Source: Eledone cirrhosa (Eukaryota). From it: a DNA stretch of 64,000 bases. This document shows, piece by piece, positions 63,771 through 64,000 of this stretch. The stretch is from assembly GCA_964016885.1 (NCBI GenBank), contig OZ024741.1:154690001-154754000 (forward strand). The letters are read 5' to 3'. The stretch's first letter is position 1; every line of letters begins with the position of its first letter. Below the pieces are notes generated by a model. The model was given only the letters and a program-made list of their open reading frames with translations, was not told the DNA's origin and did not search any database. The translations under genes and the position numbers were made by a program.

Positions 63771-63824
63771 ATTTCAATGACCGGGTTCCGTATGAATCCG
63801 GTGATATCATCAGGTATTTGAAAT
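63771..63824 (-). ncRNA. Type I hammerhead ribozyme, partly degenerate
   Basis: Minus strand ATTTCAAATAC-CTGATGA-TAT..ATAC-GGAACCCG-GTC-ATTGAAAT; good stem I, but GAAA reads GGAA. Confidence 0.6.
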
Positions 63825-63934
63825 ATAGTACGTGAATGTAATAGATAAAATCCATGGGGCTGAAAATCGAGGACCCGAGGGCGACCGCTATTCTGTTCCT
63901 TCAACTTCAGCCGGTCGCCCTGGAGGGCACTAGC

Positions 63935-64000
63935 TATTTATTGCACCTGAGCACCGGCCACATATAAAATCTGCGTTCTTAGATAGCTTACCTGTGATCC
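63935..64000 (-). mobile_element. RTE LINE fragment running off the window
   Basis: Matches 1352-1412. Confidence 0.85.

Overview
AT-rich, microsatellite-dense eukaryotic DNA, most likely from a coleoid cephalopod (Octopus-like; inferred only from the SINE/RTE repeat repertoire). It looks like intronic or intergenic sequence built almost entirely from decayed transposable elements. These include several RTE-clade LINE families and their bipartite non-autonomous derivatives, L1/Tx1, CRE and R4/Dong LINE fragments, Penelope-like elements (PLEs), tRNA-derived Meta- and CORE-type SINEs, Gypsy-type LTR remnants, mariner/Tc1, piggyBac, MITEs and non-autonomous Helitrons. No intact host gene is visible; one credible orphan coding exon lies at 62114-62273 (-). 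The most notable signals are: (1) dispersed minimal hammerhead-ribozyme motifs in (TA)n-flanked PLE-like modules, including a U3-A8 compensatory-core variant duplicated in a 252-bp inverted repeat; (2) an RTE family whose 3' UTR carries a copy of the RTE 5'-UTR/start module; (3) many long fold-back structures, one directly upstream of a piggyBac start codon; (4) a MITE carrying a phased POU-octamer array. All calls were made by eye, so element boundaries are approximate (tens of bp) unless termini are quoted.
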